A stretch of DNA of 64,000 bases from an archaeon (lineage in GTDB: Archaea > Undinarchaeota > Undinarchaeia > Undinarchaeales > JBDRKL01), in the NCBI GenBank assembly GCA_043814055.1, contig JBDRKL010000004.1, positions 86,246 to 150,245 on the forward strand. Reading direction: 5' to 3'. Shown piece after piece: positions 28,860-38,300 of the stretch. Each line of letters begins with the position of its first letter. Positions within the stretch are counted from its first letter, which is position 1. The notes under the pieces are model-generated. The model saw only the letters and a program-made list of their open reading frames with translations. It had not been told where the DNA came from and did not search any database. The translations under genes and the position numbers were made by a program.

Positions 28860-28961
28860 TTATCTCTTCTTTTTTGTTGTCTTTTTCTTGGCGGCCTTTC
28901 TCTTCACGGTTCTCTTCTTTACCGCCTTTTTCTTTACAGCTTTTTTCTTTTTTGCAGGCAT
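28860..28961 (-). CDS. Unannotated 33-aa Lys/Arg-rich peptide (composition like the H1 tail)
   Basis: MPAKKKKAVKKKAVKKRTVKRKAAKKKTTKKKR; RBS GGAGGTG, TATA TTTATAAG at about 29025. Confidence 0.75.
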   Translation of the reverse strand: MPAKKKKAVKKKAVKKRTVKRKAAKKKTTKKKR

Positions 28962-29037
28962 GTTACACCTCCAGGTGTTCAACTTGAGTATCAAGTTGTT
29001 AATAGAAAATAACTACGCTTTACTTATAAACTTTTTC

Positions 29038-29466
29038 TTATTCCAATTTTTTCTCTTCTTGCAATTCAATCAGCTCTTCAAACCTTTTTCCGTCGGTGTA
29101 AGCGAATTTTTTTGACACTTTGAAATTTTTTCCTTTTGTGTATTGTATCTTTCCAATGTCCAAAAATACCCAATCGCGCCCTTCAAACCTTACCGCGACG
29201 TATGGAATTGCGCCGAATGTCTGCGCGAACGTGACGAGCTTTACAATTTCATCATAAGTTAAATGAACATAATCTTGAGTGCTTGACTTGGACTCAATTG
29301 CGAAATACTTCTCGCCGTTCCCTGCGACAACGTCGGGGCAGGGGCGCCTTGAGACCCCTGAGCCTGGGCCGCGTAGCGCAGCATAGCCATTGTTCCAGAA
29401 CATTTCAATCAGCTCTCGCTCGGCGTTAGTTCCTTTTTGGTAGCGGTACTTGAGTTTTGTTGCCAT
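29038..29466 (-). CDS. hjc: Holliday junction resolvase Hjc
   Basis: KGTNAEREL, GYAALRGPGSG, PDVVAG, AIESKS. Confidence 0.92.
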   Translation of the reverse strand: MATKLKYRYQKGTNAERELIEMFWNNGYAALRGPGSGVSRRPCPDVVAGNGEKYFAIESKSSTQDYVHLTYDEIVKLVTFAQTFGAIPYVAVRFEGRDWVFLDIGKIQYTKGKNFKVSKKFAYTDGKRFEELIELQEEKKLE

Positions 29467-29520
29467 CACTTCAGGTAGGTTTCCGCAATTCTTATATCTC
29501 ACTATGTACTAAAATAATAC

Positions 29521-30114
29521 ATGGCAGAAGAAAAGAAAGAAAAGAATTGGTGGAGAAAATACACCAAGAAGCACTTGGAAAACTCTGAATCAGATGAGCC
29601 AGTGCAGGAAGCTCCAACAACGGAGAGTGCTGCACCCGAGGAAGAAAGCACTGCGCCTGAGATTGACATCTCTGACCCTTTCTCCGAGCTTAATACAATA
29701 ATGCAGAGAAACCTTGACGGCATTATCAAGAATATGTTCAGCAGGGACGTTTTCCGTTTCCCTGAGATGCCCGCCACGCTGAAGATGGACGGGGGGATTT
29801 TCAGAAAGCCAAGGGCAACAGTTCACGAGACTGACAAGGAAGTTTTTGTCGCAATTGAAATGCCGGGCGCGAACAAGGGCAATATCAAGATAACCGTGGA
29901 CGGCTTGAACTTAATCATAGACGCTCAGACAAAGAGCGAAAAGAAGCGCGAGGGATTCTCAAGCTCGTCCTATCAGGGTTTTAGGAACATCATAAGATTG
30001 CCGTGCGAAGTCTTGAAGAAAAAAGCCAAGGCAGAATACAAGCAGGGAATCCTGAAAGTTACTCTGCCAAAGAAGGAAGTTTCTGACGAGCCTGGTGACA
30101 TTCCTATTGAATGA
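29521..30114 (+). CDS. Small heat shock protein (Hsp20)
   Basis: EMPGANK, LPCEV, AEYKQGILKVTLPK, C-terminal IPIE. Confidence 0.9.
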   Translation: MAEEKKEKNWWRKYTKKHLENSESDEPVQEAPTTESAAPEEESTAPEIDISDPFSELNTIMQRNLDGIIKNMFSRDVFRFPEMPATLKMDGGIFRKPRATVHETDKEVFVAIEMPGANKGNIKITVDGLNLIIDAQTKSEKKREGFSSSSYQGFRNIIRLPCEVLKKKAKAEYKQGILKVTLPKKEVSDEPGDIPIE

Positions 30115-30116
30115 AG

Positions 30117-30602
30117 TTATTTTATAACTTTGACAATTTCAATGCTACCATCAATTAAGGCCTCAGTTGCATATTTTTTGTCAGTACCTTTCCAATAATA
30201 CTTTATATGCTCTTGAGCCTCCTCAAGCTCCTCTTTGCAGTGTTTTTTAATTATTTTCAAAACTTCTTCTTCACTTTCAAATCGCTCACGAGCGTCTACA
30301 GCTATCATAGCTTTGTTCAACCAAAGCCCTGCTTGCAGAACCCGATCCATTCTTGTAAAAAATGGTTCTCCCTCTATAATTCTTACTTTATAGCAGTGAT
30401 CATATAGTTTTGATATATTTTTCCGCATTTCTACAAACAGGGCTTTTTTTCTTGAGGGTCGGTTCCTCGGCCGTTTGAGCTCAAATAGCGTTTCGTATGT
30501 TCTTCTATGCAAGTTATATTCTCTGAAGTCTCTTTCACATGATTTTAATATATCCCCAACTTTGTAGGTCTTGTTTGATGAGTGATAATATGTATCTTCC
30601 AT
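30117..30602 (-). CDS. Low-GC hypothetical protein, possible ADP-ribosyltransferase-like fold (DUF2441/Arr-like)
   Basis: YYHSS...GDIL, FE..RP..RPSR..ALF, YYWKG...TEALIDG pattern. Confidence 0.5.
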   Translation of the reverse strand: MEDTYYHSSNKTYKVGDILKSCERDFREYNLHRRTYETLFELKRPRNRPSRKKALFVEMRKNISKLYDHCYKVRIIEGEPFFTRMDRVLQAGLWLNKAMIAVDARERFESEEEVLKIIKKHCKEELEEAQEHIKYYWKGTDKKYATEALIDGSIEIVKVIK

Positions 30603-30615
30603 ACGGTCCTCTCTA

Positions 30616-31155
30616 CTATACCACAAAGTACTCTCTTATCGCGTTCCCAAAATTGTGCGCCACTGCAGGGCCGCAGGCGGTTAGAATATTGTTGTCTGCC
30701 ACGACTTTTGTCTCGGTGAACATTCCGCCTGCGGCTTCAATTGCCTCGCGCTGTTTTCCGTCGCCGTTCCAGGCTGTGAGCTGCTTGTCCTTTACAATGT
30801 TTGCCTTAGCAAGCGCGAGCGGGGTGATGCAGATTGCCGCCACGAGCTTTTTTGCGGAGTTGAACGCCTGAACTTTTTCAATTATCTTCTGGGTCGTGCC
30901 TGTGTCATTGTTTAAGACCTCTGCCATCCCAGGCCCGCCGATTAAAACTATGCCATCATAATTATCAACCGCGATGTCTTCTATCAAAAGTTTCGGGGTT
31001 GCCTTGCCCCCGTCAGCGCCGTAGAGTTGTTCCATAGTGTTGCTCGCAATATCAACTTCAAACTTCGGCTTCTGCGAGAAACTCAGCGCGCTCTTGGTTT
31101 CTATGAGTTCTGCGTCCCTGAAGTTGTCAGTCACTATGAATGCAAGTTTTATCAT
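30616..31155 (-). CDS. DJ-1/PfpI family protein
   Basis: FRDAE, YDGIVLIGGPG, AAICITP, TACGP. Confidence 0.9.
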   Translation of the reverse strand: MIKLAFIVTDNFRDAELIETKSALSFSQKPKFEVDIASNTMEQLYGADGGKATPKLLIEDIAVDNYDGIVLIGGPGMAEVLNNDTGTTQKIIEKVQAFNSAKKLVAAICITPLALAKANIVKDKQLTAWNGDGKQREAIEAAGGMFTETKVVADNNILTACGPAVAHNFGNAIREYFVV

Positions 31156-31211
31156 ATTATCACTTATAGCAACCTTTATATTTAATTCTTATTATAGAGT
31201 AGGTTACTTGG

Positions 31212-31302
31212 TGCACAAATTGCACCAGTGCTCAATTGGCTGGGTAGTCCTGCAGCATGACAAATATCCTGCAGGACAGCTTGTCAACTGAGCTTGCAGT
31301 TG
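31212..31302 (+). mobile_element. Hairpin cassette abutting the tRNA-Thr 5' end
   Basis: GGTA-GTCCTGCA-N15-TGCAGGAC-N7-CAACTG-N6-CAGTTG, same geometry as the copies at 26657, 26777 and 39942. Confidence 0.7.
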
Positions 31303-31419
31303 CCTCGATAGCTCAGTTGGTAGAGCGTTACCTTGGTACACGGCACGAGAATCGTGCGCGATTCCGACTGCCGTCGAAACAGGTAAAGGCCGGGAGTTCA
31401 ACTCTCCCTCGGGGCTCCA
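31302..31419 (+). tRNA. tRNA-Thr(GGT) with 42-nt intron at 37/38 (31339-31380), CCA encoded
   Basis: Cloverleaf GCCTCGA/TCGGGGC, anticodon arm TTACC-TTGGTA|A-GGTAA, TTCAACT T-loop, BHB-like junction. Confidence 0.92.
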
Positions 31420-31471
31420 ACATTAAAGAATAAACATATAAACGAACTAGCTTGATTTGAGGTGAGGAATA

Positions 31472-31894
31472 ATGAAAAAATTATTGATAGTTTTAATATG
31501 TTTGATGTTAAGTGTTATTATTGCTGGCTGTATTGGTCAAGGAGATGGTACAGGCAATTCGACTATAAACAAATGTGAAAATCTTTCAAATTATCCTGTA
31601 GATAAAGCACATTGTTATTCTGATGTAGCACTAAAGCAAAACAATCCACTATTATGTGAAGACTTAGGCGAAATGGGCTATAAGGGCGTTTGTTACTTTG
31701 ATATTGGAAGCAAAACAGGAGATGTATCTGTTTGTGATAATTTAGAAGGGGCACTAGGTGTATATGTTTGCTATAAGGATGTTGCAATTGCTTTAAAAAA
31801 TCCAGCAATCTGTGAAAAAATTGTGCCTGCTCCAGGAGTCACAGAATTTAATTTAGAATATTTGCAAACATCTTGTATTGAGGGGGCATCATAA
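31472..31894 (+). CDS. Low-GC secreted Cys-rich repeat lipoprotein-like protein
   Basis: Signal peptide with IAGC lipobox; repeated CY..A...N...C..I units; RBS GAGGTGA. Confidence 0.75.
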   Translation: MKKLLIVLICLMLSVIIAGCIGQGDGTGNSTINKCENLSNYPVDKAHCYSDVALKQNNPLLCEDLGEMGYKGVCYFDIGSKTGDVSVCDNLEGALGVYVCYKDVAIALKNPAICEKIVPAPGVTEFNLEYLQTSCIEGAS

Positions 31895-31970
31895 AGTTCG
31901 TAACGGTGCTTTTTAATATTTCATTGGAGGTTCTAGGAACCGGCAAAAATATGGTAGCAGGTTTCTAGTG

Positions 31971-31999
31971 GTGGGTTCAATTCTCTCTCAAGGCTCTCA
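31971..31999 (+). repeat. Degenerate copy of the tRNA-Thr 3' end (att-like scar)
   Basis: GTGGGTTCAATTCTCTCTCAAGGCTC vs tRNA GGGAGTTCAACTCTCCCTCGGGGCTC. Confidence 0.6.
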
Positions 32000-32004
32000 A
32001 TTTT

Positions 32005-32628
32005 CTAAAACATCCCTGCAGAACTCTCTATCGCTTCCCTTGCCCCGCCGATAATCGGTTCCATATGCCCAGCAAGCAAATTTTCCACGTCAAGCTCTCT
32101 GAGTTTTTTCAATGACTCGTGCAGTTTCTCAATATTACCGCCAATAAAATCAGTCCTGCCAACGCCCTGCGGGAAAATAGTGTCCCCTGAAATCAAAGTT
32201 TTAGTTTCAGAATCATAGAGGCAAATACTTCCTTCTGAATGACCGGGGGTGTGAATCACTTCAAACCCTGCGAACTTCTCGCCCTCTTCAAACTTTATAT
32301 CAACTTCAACACCCTCGGCTGGCTGCATTATCGTGTACTCGTCTGCTACTTCAACGTGCGGCGCGTCCAATTTGTGCACTGCAAGCTTCGCCCCAGCCTC
32401 TTTCAGCAGTTTATTCCCGCCAATGTGGTCGCCGTGGCAATGCGTATTAATTATAAGGTCAAGCTCGCTGAGTTTTAAAACCTGTTCAATCTGCGCAATT
32501 CTTTCTTTTTCAAATCCAATTCCGCCCGAATCAATCAAAATATTCTTTTCACCCATGAGCAAATAAGAATTTGAATCGCCGATTGTTTTTTCTCTAAAGC
32601 AATATATGTTGTCGAGTATTGGTTTCAT
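32005..32628 (-). CDS. Metallo-beta-lactamase fold hydrolase (glyoxalase II-like)
   Basis: THCHGDHIGG, HTPGHS, SGDT, GRTD. Confidence 0.92.
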   Translation of the reverse strand: MKPILDNIYCFREKTIGDSNSYLLMGEKNILIDSGGIGFEKERIAQIEQVLKLSELDLIINTHCHGDHIGGNKLLKEAGAKLAVHKLDAPHVEVADEYTIMQPAEGVEVDIKFEEGEKFAGFEVIHTPGHSEGSICLYDSETKTLISGDTIFPQGVGRTDFIGGNIEKLHESLKKLRELDVENLLAGHMEPIIGGAREAIESSAGMF

Positions 32629-33896
32629 TGTCTTGGTTGCAACTTGTTGACCCTCAGGAACTTTCTTATCATCTTCAAATCTTCGTTAATCTGGCTCCCA
32701 ACCATCTCAAATCTCTTCAAATCCTTTGCAGGGTCTTCCCCCACCTTTATTTTATACAGGAAGTCTGTGTAGTTGACTCTGCTGTCAAACATCCTATGCC
32801 GCGCTTCTGCTGTTCTGTTTTTGACATCTTTGTATACCTTGCTGCTCCTCGTCATTTCCTTTAAGCTGTTATACAGGTGCTCTCCTAAAATTGGCTCTGA
32901 GGTGTCAAGCATATGGACAACTAGCGGAAGTTCCATAATAATTTCATTTTGAAGGCTGGTGGTGCTTTTTGAGTGCAGCGAAACGTGCAGTTTTTCTTCC
33001 CGTTCCATTCTCACCACTTCTTCATACACAATTTTCTTGAGCCTCAGCTCATTAATTTGCTCAGGGGTTGGCACAAAGCCATCTTTAAGAAGGTCCTCAG
33101 TCAGTACCCTTTGGAATCCTTTTGTGTCGTCCCAAATAAAGAGGAGGTCAAGGTCAGCATATTTTGTCGCGTCACCCCTAAGCGTTGAACCAAAGAGTGA
33201 GAAAAGGTATGTTCTCCCAATCTCCTGATTCCCCACGCCAAAGGTATCTTTTATCTTCTTGGCCATGCGGCTGACAATAACTTTTGCATTTTCATGACGT
33301 TTTCTGCTGGCTGCTTCCATTTCCATATGCAGTTTTTTCACCTTGGCATCCACCACGGACTTTTTGTAGGAAAATGCTGTAAAAAACCTCCACTTGTAAC
33401 TGTCATCAATTATGATATTCCACCGGGTGGGGTTCTTGCTGCTTATTTCAAACATCACCCTGTCAGCTATTTTGTATTTATCATATACGCAATCATGCTC
33501 CGGCTCTATGTATGGAAGCTTGTTATAGTCAGATGGAAGTATTTGTGCAACTTCATCCATACTGATTCCCATAGTATCACTAATCTCTTGGGGCGTAAGC
33601 GCATGATTCATTATGCTCTTCTGTATTCTGTAGGCATAATCATCAAGTGTTGACAGCATAAAAATGCCTATCTGGATTATGGTGTCTGAAAACTGGCGGA
33701 GCTCCTCTGTCCTGCTTTCGATCTCATCCTCACGGCACATAAACTCAACAATGGTGCCTTTGTCTGGGATGTGCCCCCCCTTCTCTGCACAATACACCTC
33801 AAATGAACGATGGCCCTTCTTTTGCAGTGCCTCTATTATCCTCCTTTCATCTAAAGTCTTTACATAGAAAACTGCTTTAACTAAACGCTTTGTCAT
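32625..33896 (-). CDS. Multidomain protein with a Pol-beta-like nucleotidyltransferase domain
   Basis: LFGSTLRGDATKYADLDLLFI (GS...DxD); upstream HTH-like LTPQEISDTMGIS. Confidence 0.7.
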   Translation of the reverse strand: MTKRLVKAVFYVKTLDERRIIEALQKKGHRSFEVYCAEKGGHIPDKGTIVEFMCREDEIESRTEELRQFSDTIIQIGIFMLSTLDDYAYRIQKSIMNHALTPQEISDTMGISMDEVAQILPSDYNKLPYIEPEHDCVYDKYKIADRVMFEISSKNPTRWNIIIDDSYKWRFFTAFSYKKSVVDAKVKKLHMEMEAASRKRHENAKVIVSRMAKKIKDTFGVGNQEIGRTYLFSLFGSTLRGDATKYADLDLLFIWDDTKGFQRVLTEDLLKDGFVPTPEQINELRLKKIVYEEVVRMEREEKLHVSLHSKSTTSLQNEIIMELPLVVHMLDTSEPILGEHLYNSLKEMTRSSKVYKDVKNRTAEARHRMFDSRVNYTDFLYKIKVGEDPAKDLKRFEMVGSQINEDLKMIRKFLRVNKLQPRQ

Positions 33897-34120
33897 ATTC
33901 TACTCCCAAGGAAAACTGCTTTCAATTTTGCAAGTGTCCCCTTAATCTCCCTCTCTAGCTCTGCGCCATCGCAATAAATATCAATCATAAAACAGTCTGG
34001 GTCCCCTTCATCCATACTTATTTCTTTCATTATCCTAAAATGGTATCGCCTCAAGTTGAGCCGTTCTTCCAATTTTTTCTTGCTTACTCCTTCAATGCTG
34101 AACATTAGGATTTTTTCCAT
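33893..34120 (-). CDS. Small hypothetical protein coupled to the nucleotidyltransferase gene
   Basis: 75-aa ORF with ATGA overlap. Confidence 0.65.
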   Translation of the reverse strand: MEKILMFSIEGVSKKKLEERLNLRRYHFRIMKEISMDEGDPDCFMIDIYCDGAELEREIKGTLAKLKAVFLGSRI

Positions 34121-34168
34121 GTATTAAAGATGGAAAACTATCTATATAAGAATTTTCTAAACTCGCTT

Positions 34169-35227
34169 ATGAAAGTAAAACTCAAGAATCAGTCAAAAAA
34201 CTTTCGAACAGTTTGGTTTGAGTCTCCTCAAGTTGTTATGATTGACCAGCCAAAGCTCCCTTTCAAGTTCGCGATAAAGCGGTTCAAGACCTACAAGGAA
34301 ACAGCAAAAGCAATTTCTGACATGATTGTGCGCGGAGCTCCTGCAATCGGCGCAACAGCCGCATACGCAACTGCGCAGGCAGTGCTTGAGTTCAAGGGCG
34401 AGGATGTGAAAAAGTTTGACGATTATATGCGCACAGCGTGCAAGCTCATCAAGTCTGCGCGGCCGACTGCGATTGACCTCGCGCACGCGACAGACCGAGT
34501 TTACAACGCGGTAATCCGCTGGGATAATCTCAAGCAGGCCAAGATGATTGCAGTAGATGAAGCTGAGAAAATTGCTGATGAGTATATTTCAATGAGCCGA
34601 AGAATTGGAGAGCACGGAGCAGAATTAATTCAGCACCGCGCGAGAATTCTCACTCACTGCAACGCTGGCTGGCTTGCTACAGTTGATTGGGGTACTGCGC
34701 TCGCTCCAATATTTACCGCACATAGGTCCGGGACAAAGCTCTTCGTGTTCGTTGACGAGACCCGGCCAAGGCTTCAGGGTGCAAGATTAACTGCTTGGGA
34801 GCTCGCGCAGGAAGGAATTGACCACGCGATAATCGCTGACAACGCAGCAGGATATTATATGCGCAAGGGTGAAGTGGATATGTGCATAGTCGGCGCGGAC
34901 AGAATCGCAGCGAATGGCGACGTGGCAAACAAAATTGGCACCTATGAAAAAGCAGTTGTTGCGAAAGAGCACGGAATTCCATTTTATGTTGCTGCGCCAA
35001 AGCCGACTTTTGACTTTGAGTGCAAGACAGGCGATGAAATTCCAATTGAAGAGCGGAATGAGAATGAAGTTAAGAAGATGTGGGGCAAAGAAGGCATAAT
35101 AAGTGTTGCAAATCCAGGCTCGCCTGCGAAAAATCCAGCTTTTGACATCACTCCATCCAAGTTTGTGACAGGTTATATTACTGAAATTGGGATTTTGAAG
35201 GCCAATCAGCTCTCAAAACTTGGTTGA
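34169..35227 (+). CDS. mtnA: Methylthioribose-1-phosphate isomerase (eIF2B-like family)
   Basis: MIVRGAPAIG, ARPTA, LTHCNAG, DETRP, GADRIAANGDVANKIGTY, NPAFDITP. Confidence 0.93.
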   Translation: MKVKLKNQSKNFRTVWFESPQVVMIDQPKLPFKFAIKRFKTYKETAKAISDMIVRGAPAIGATAAYATAQAVLEFKGEDVKKFDDYMRTACKLIKSARPTAIDLAHATDRVYNAVIRWDNLKQAKMIAVDEAEKIADEYISMSRRIGEHGAELIQHRARILTHCNAGWLATVDWGTALAPIFTAHRSGTKLFVFVDETRPRLQGARLTAWELAQEGIDHAIIADNAAGYYMRKGEVDMCIVGADRIAANGDVANKIGTYEKAVVAKEHGIPFYVAAPKPTFDFECKTGDEIPIEERNENEVKKMWGKEGIISVANPGSPAKNPAFDITPSKFVTGYITEIGILKANQLSKLG

Positions 35228-35379
35228 TTCTCTTCAAATTTTCACTCTTTTTATTGCTATTTATTCCCCATATTCATAATAAATATCTTCATAGCGGTTT
35301 CACCAAGTTCCAAAACCTGCTTTTCCCAAGGCAAACTTATTTATATACTATATACGTACTGATTCCAAGGTGAATTTGA

Positions 35380-38300
35380 ATGGCCCCTAAATTAATGAAA
35401 ATTGGAATATTAGTTGTACTTATAACACTCTTTGTCGCGCAGGCCGCATACGCGAATTGCACATACTCCGGCACAGGGGATTGGATAATTGATTCCACTG
35501 AAAGCTGTGCCAATACCAGCGAAGTAATAACCCTTAATGGAAACCTTACTATTAATGGAGAACTTAATTTCACCAACGTGACGCTCAAGGTCAATGCAAC
35601 AACGCAGGGTGGTTTTAAGATATTCCTTAACGGCTCTACAACAAAATTCAATGTTTTCGGCGGCTCAAACATAACCAACGAGAGTGCAGCCAACAGCTAC
35701 AACATTACTGTTGACAATGGAACCCTCATAATAAACAATTCAGTTATTGAGATGCTGAACAACTTAACTCTAAGCAATAGCGCCTTAGCAAACTTCACAA
35801 ACGTAACTTTCAACAGAAGCAACATAAGCATAGCTGACTCAACCTCAAACCTCACTGTAAAATGGTATGTTGACGTCTATGTAAATGACACAAACGGAGT
35901 CAACACAAGCGCAACAGTTGTAATAAACGATACTGCCAATAACAATCACTTCTCTGGTGCGAGCAGTGCCTCAACCGGCATGATTACCCAGCAGGTCCTG
36001 CCTGAATTCTGGCGCAATAACGCAACTTGGTATTATTATTCATTGTATAATATATCTGCATCCAATGCCTGGGGCAGCAATAATACTACTTTAAACCTGA
36101 CCTCGGACAAAACAGGCTCAAATAATATTACACTCACAGTTACTGCAGTGCCAAACTGCACAATAACTGCTCTAAACACTTCAATAACTCTGCCACCACT
36201 CGGCTTGCAGATAGTTGAAGTAAACATTACAAACACAGGCGGGCTTACAGACAATTTCACCCTGAATACGTCACTCCCAACTGGGTGGTCCTATGACATT
36301 GTGAACAGCACAGTCTATAACATGGTGGCAGGTTCATACACTTCAGCAAACTTGCGCATAATTGTTGGTTCAAATGGCCAGCCCGACTCAATGCAGACGC
36401 TTACCCTCTACTGTTATTCGCACAGAAACGCTGGTGCGTTCAATACCTCTACAATGAATGTAACAGTTGACGACGCTCTGGAATATGCAACTATAACTCA
36501 AAACGCAACGGACTGGATTGAAGGTAACGAGAGCAGTCAGGGAATATGGGGGCCGTCAAATTACACAACTGCATGGGTCCTCTGGACTCTGAACACAACC
36601 GCAAATTCAAGCATCACAAACATCACGAACACAACCTCAATCTTCAACGCAACCCAGCACGCAAGCGGTTACTGGCTTGATGATGTTTATGAAAATAATA
36701 CTACAACTGCCATGGTCATAATCGCATATAAGGAAGCAGGATATGCAAACAATAGCACCAATGGGAATCTTACTCTAGCTGCAAACTATTTGATGACCCA
36801 GGCAAAAGTTGATGCCAACCATGCCTGGCCATCAACAACAAACAATGCTTACACCACTGCCGTAATCCTAACAGCACTTTACAAAGAAGGGACCTACAAT
36901 TCTAATACCAGTGCAATAAATGCAACAAAATGGCTTGTTGGAAATCTGACAAACGCCTCAACAGGCAATTACACCTATTGGAGCTGGGGTAATAATACCA
37001 CAAACACCTCTTGGGGAATTTGGGCTACAAAATCCGGTTATGGTTACGGGAACTTGAATAGTACTGAGCAAACCAAGCGGAATGCAGCAGTACTCTGGCT
37101 CAAGCACAACCAATCCAGAGACGGCTACTTCGGCTCCAGCGCAAACATCTATGACACTGCAATGGCTGTAATCGCACTTAAAGCAGAAGGTGTTGCTCTT
37201 ACTGACACATGGGAAATTGACATTGACAAGAATTTCAGCACAACCTATGACCGCTACAATGCCTCGCTTGAGCAGGCAATTTACTGGATATACACGCAGA
37301 GAAACACCTCATCCGGCGGCTGGGGACTTTCTCCAACAAGCGCGCTGGGCTCTTCACTTGGAACACTTGCTTTAGGCGGCTCTTATGCAACTGTGAGCGG
37401 ACAAGTTCAGGGCTCTGGGAATGCATCTGGCTTCAACATCACTGGGGTAAATGTCACATTCGGCTCATACACTGCACAGACAAACAGCTCAGGTCATTAC
37501 AAGCTGAACGTGCCTGCAGGCACCTACAGCTGGGATGTAGCTCATATAAACTTCACTGCTAACTCAAGCACTGGTTTTGTTCTGGGCAACGGCGAGTCCA
37601 GAACTCAAAACATTCTGATGCTGCCAGGGATAAACATTACTGGCTTCTACGGTACGGAGGAAACGTCAAACAAATATCTCTCAACAGCTTCTCCTGCAGC
37701 CAGCGCTACATACAACATCTCTGCAACCGCTGTCTACAAATACAATACCAGTAGGGGTGTAAATGGAACCTACTACTACAGCTTAAACGTAAGCACAGTC
37801 TCCGGTCCATATGCGTCAAATGCCACAACTGGATATTTCATGCAGGGCGGATTGACCGCACCGGCCGTAACCGTACAAACGGCATACACAACCAATCTCT
37901 CAATCAATGACTCATACGGAAGCTACGCTGAAACAGCAAAAACTCTTACTGTAACAGTTGTAGCAACCGGCGACCCAGCAACTGACTCAAGTGGCGGTCC
38001 ACCTGGATCCACCTCAGACTACGGCCTTTCATTCCTTGAATACAGCCACGCAATCAAGCTTGCACAAGGTGAGACCCAAACAATTAAAGTCAAGATAAAG
38101 AACTCAGGGACGAAATCTCTTGAAAACGTTGCCCTCTCTATAGTAAGCATAAACAGCGACTGGTACTCCTCAAAAGTTTCAGGCACCAGCTCTGGAATTG
38201 AAGGGATGCTGGACAGCGGGGAAGTAGTGACCTATGATGTCACGTTCAACATACCTGCAACCGCGGATCCAAAAACCTACTCAGGCACCTGGCGCGTAAA

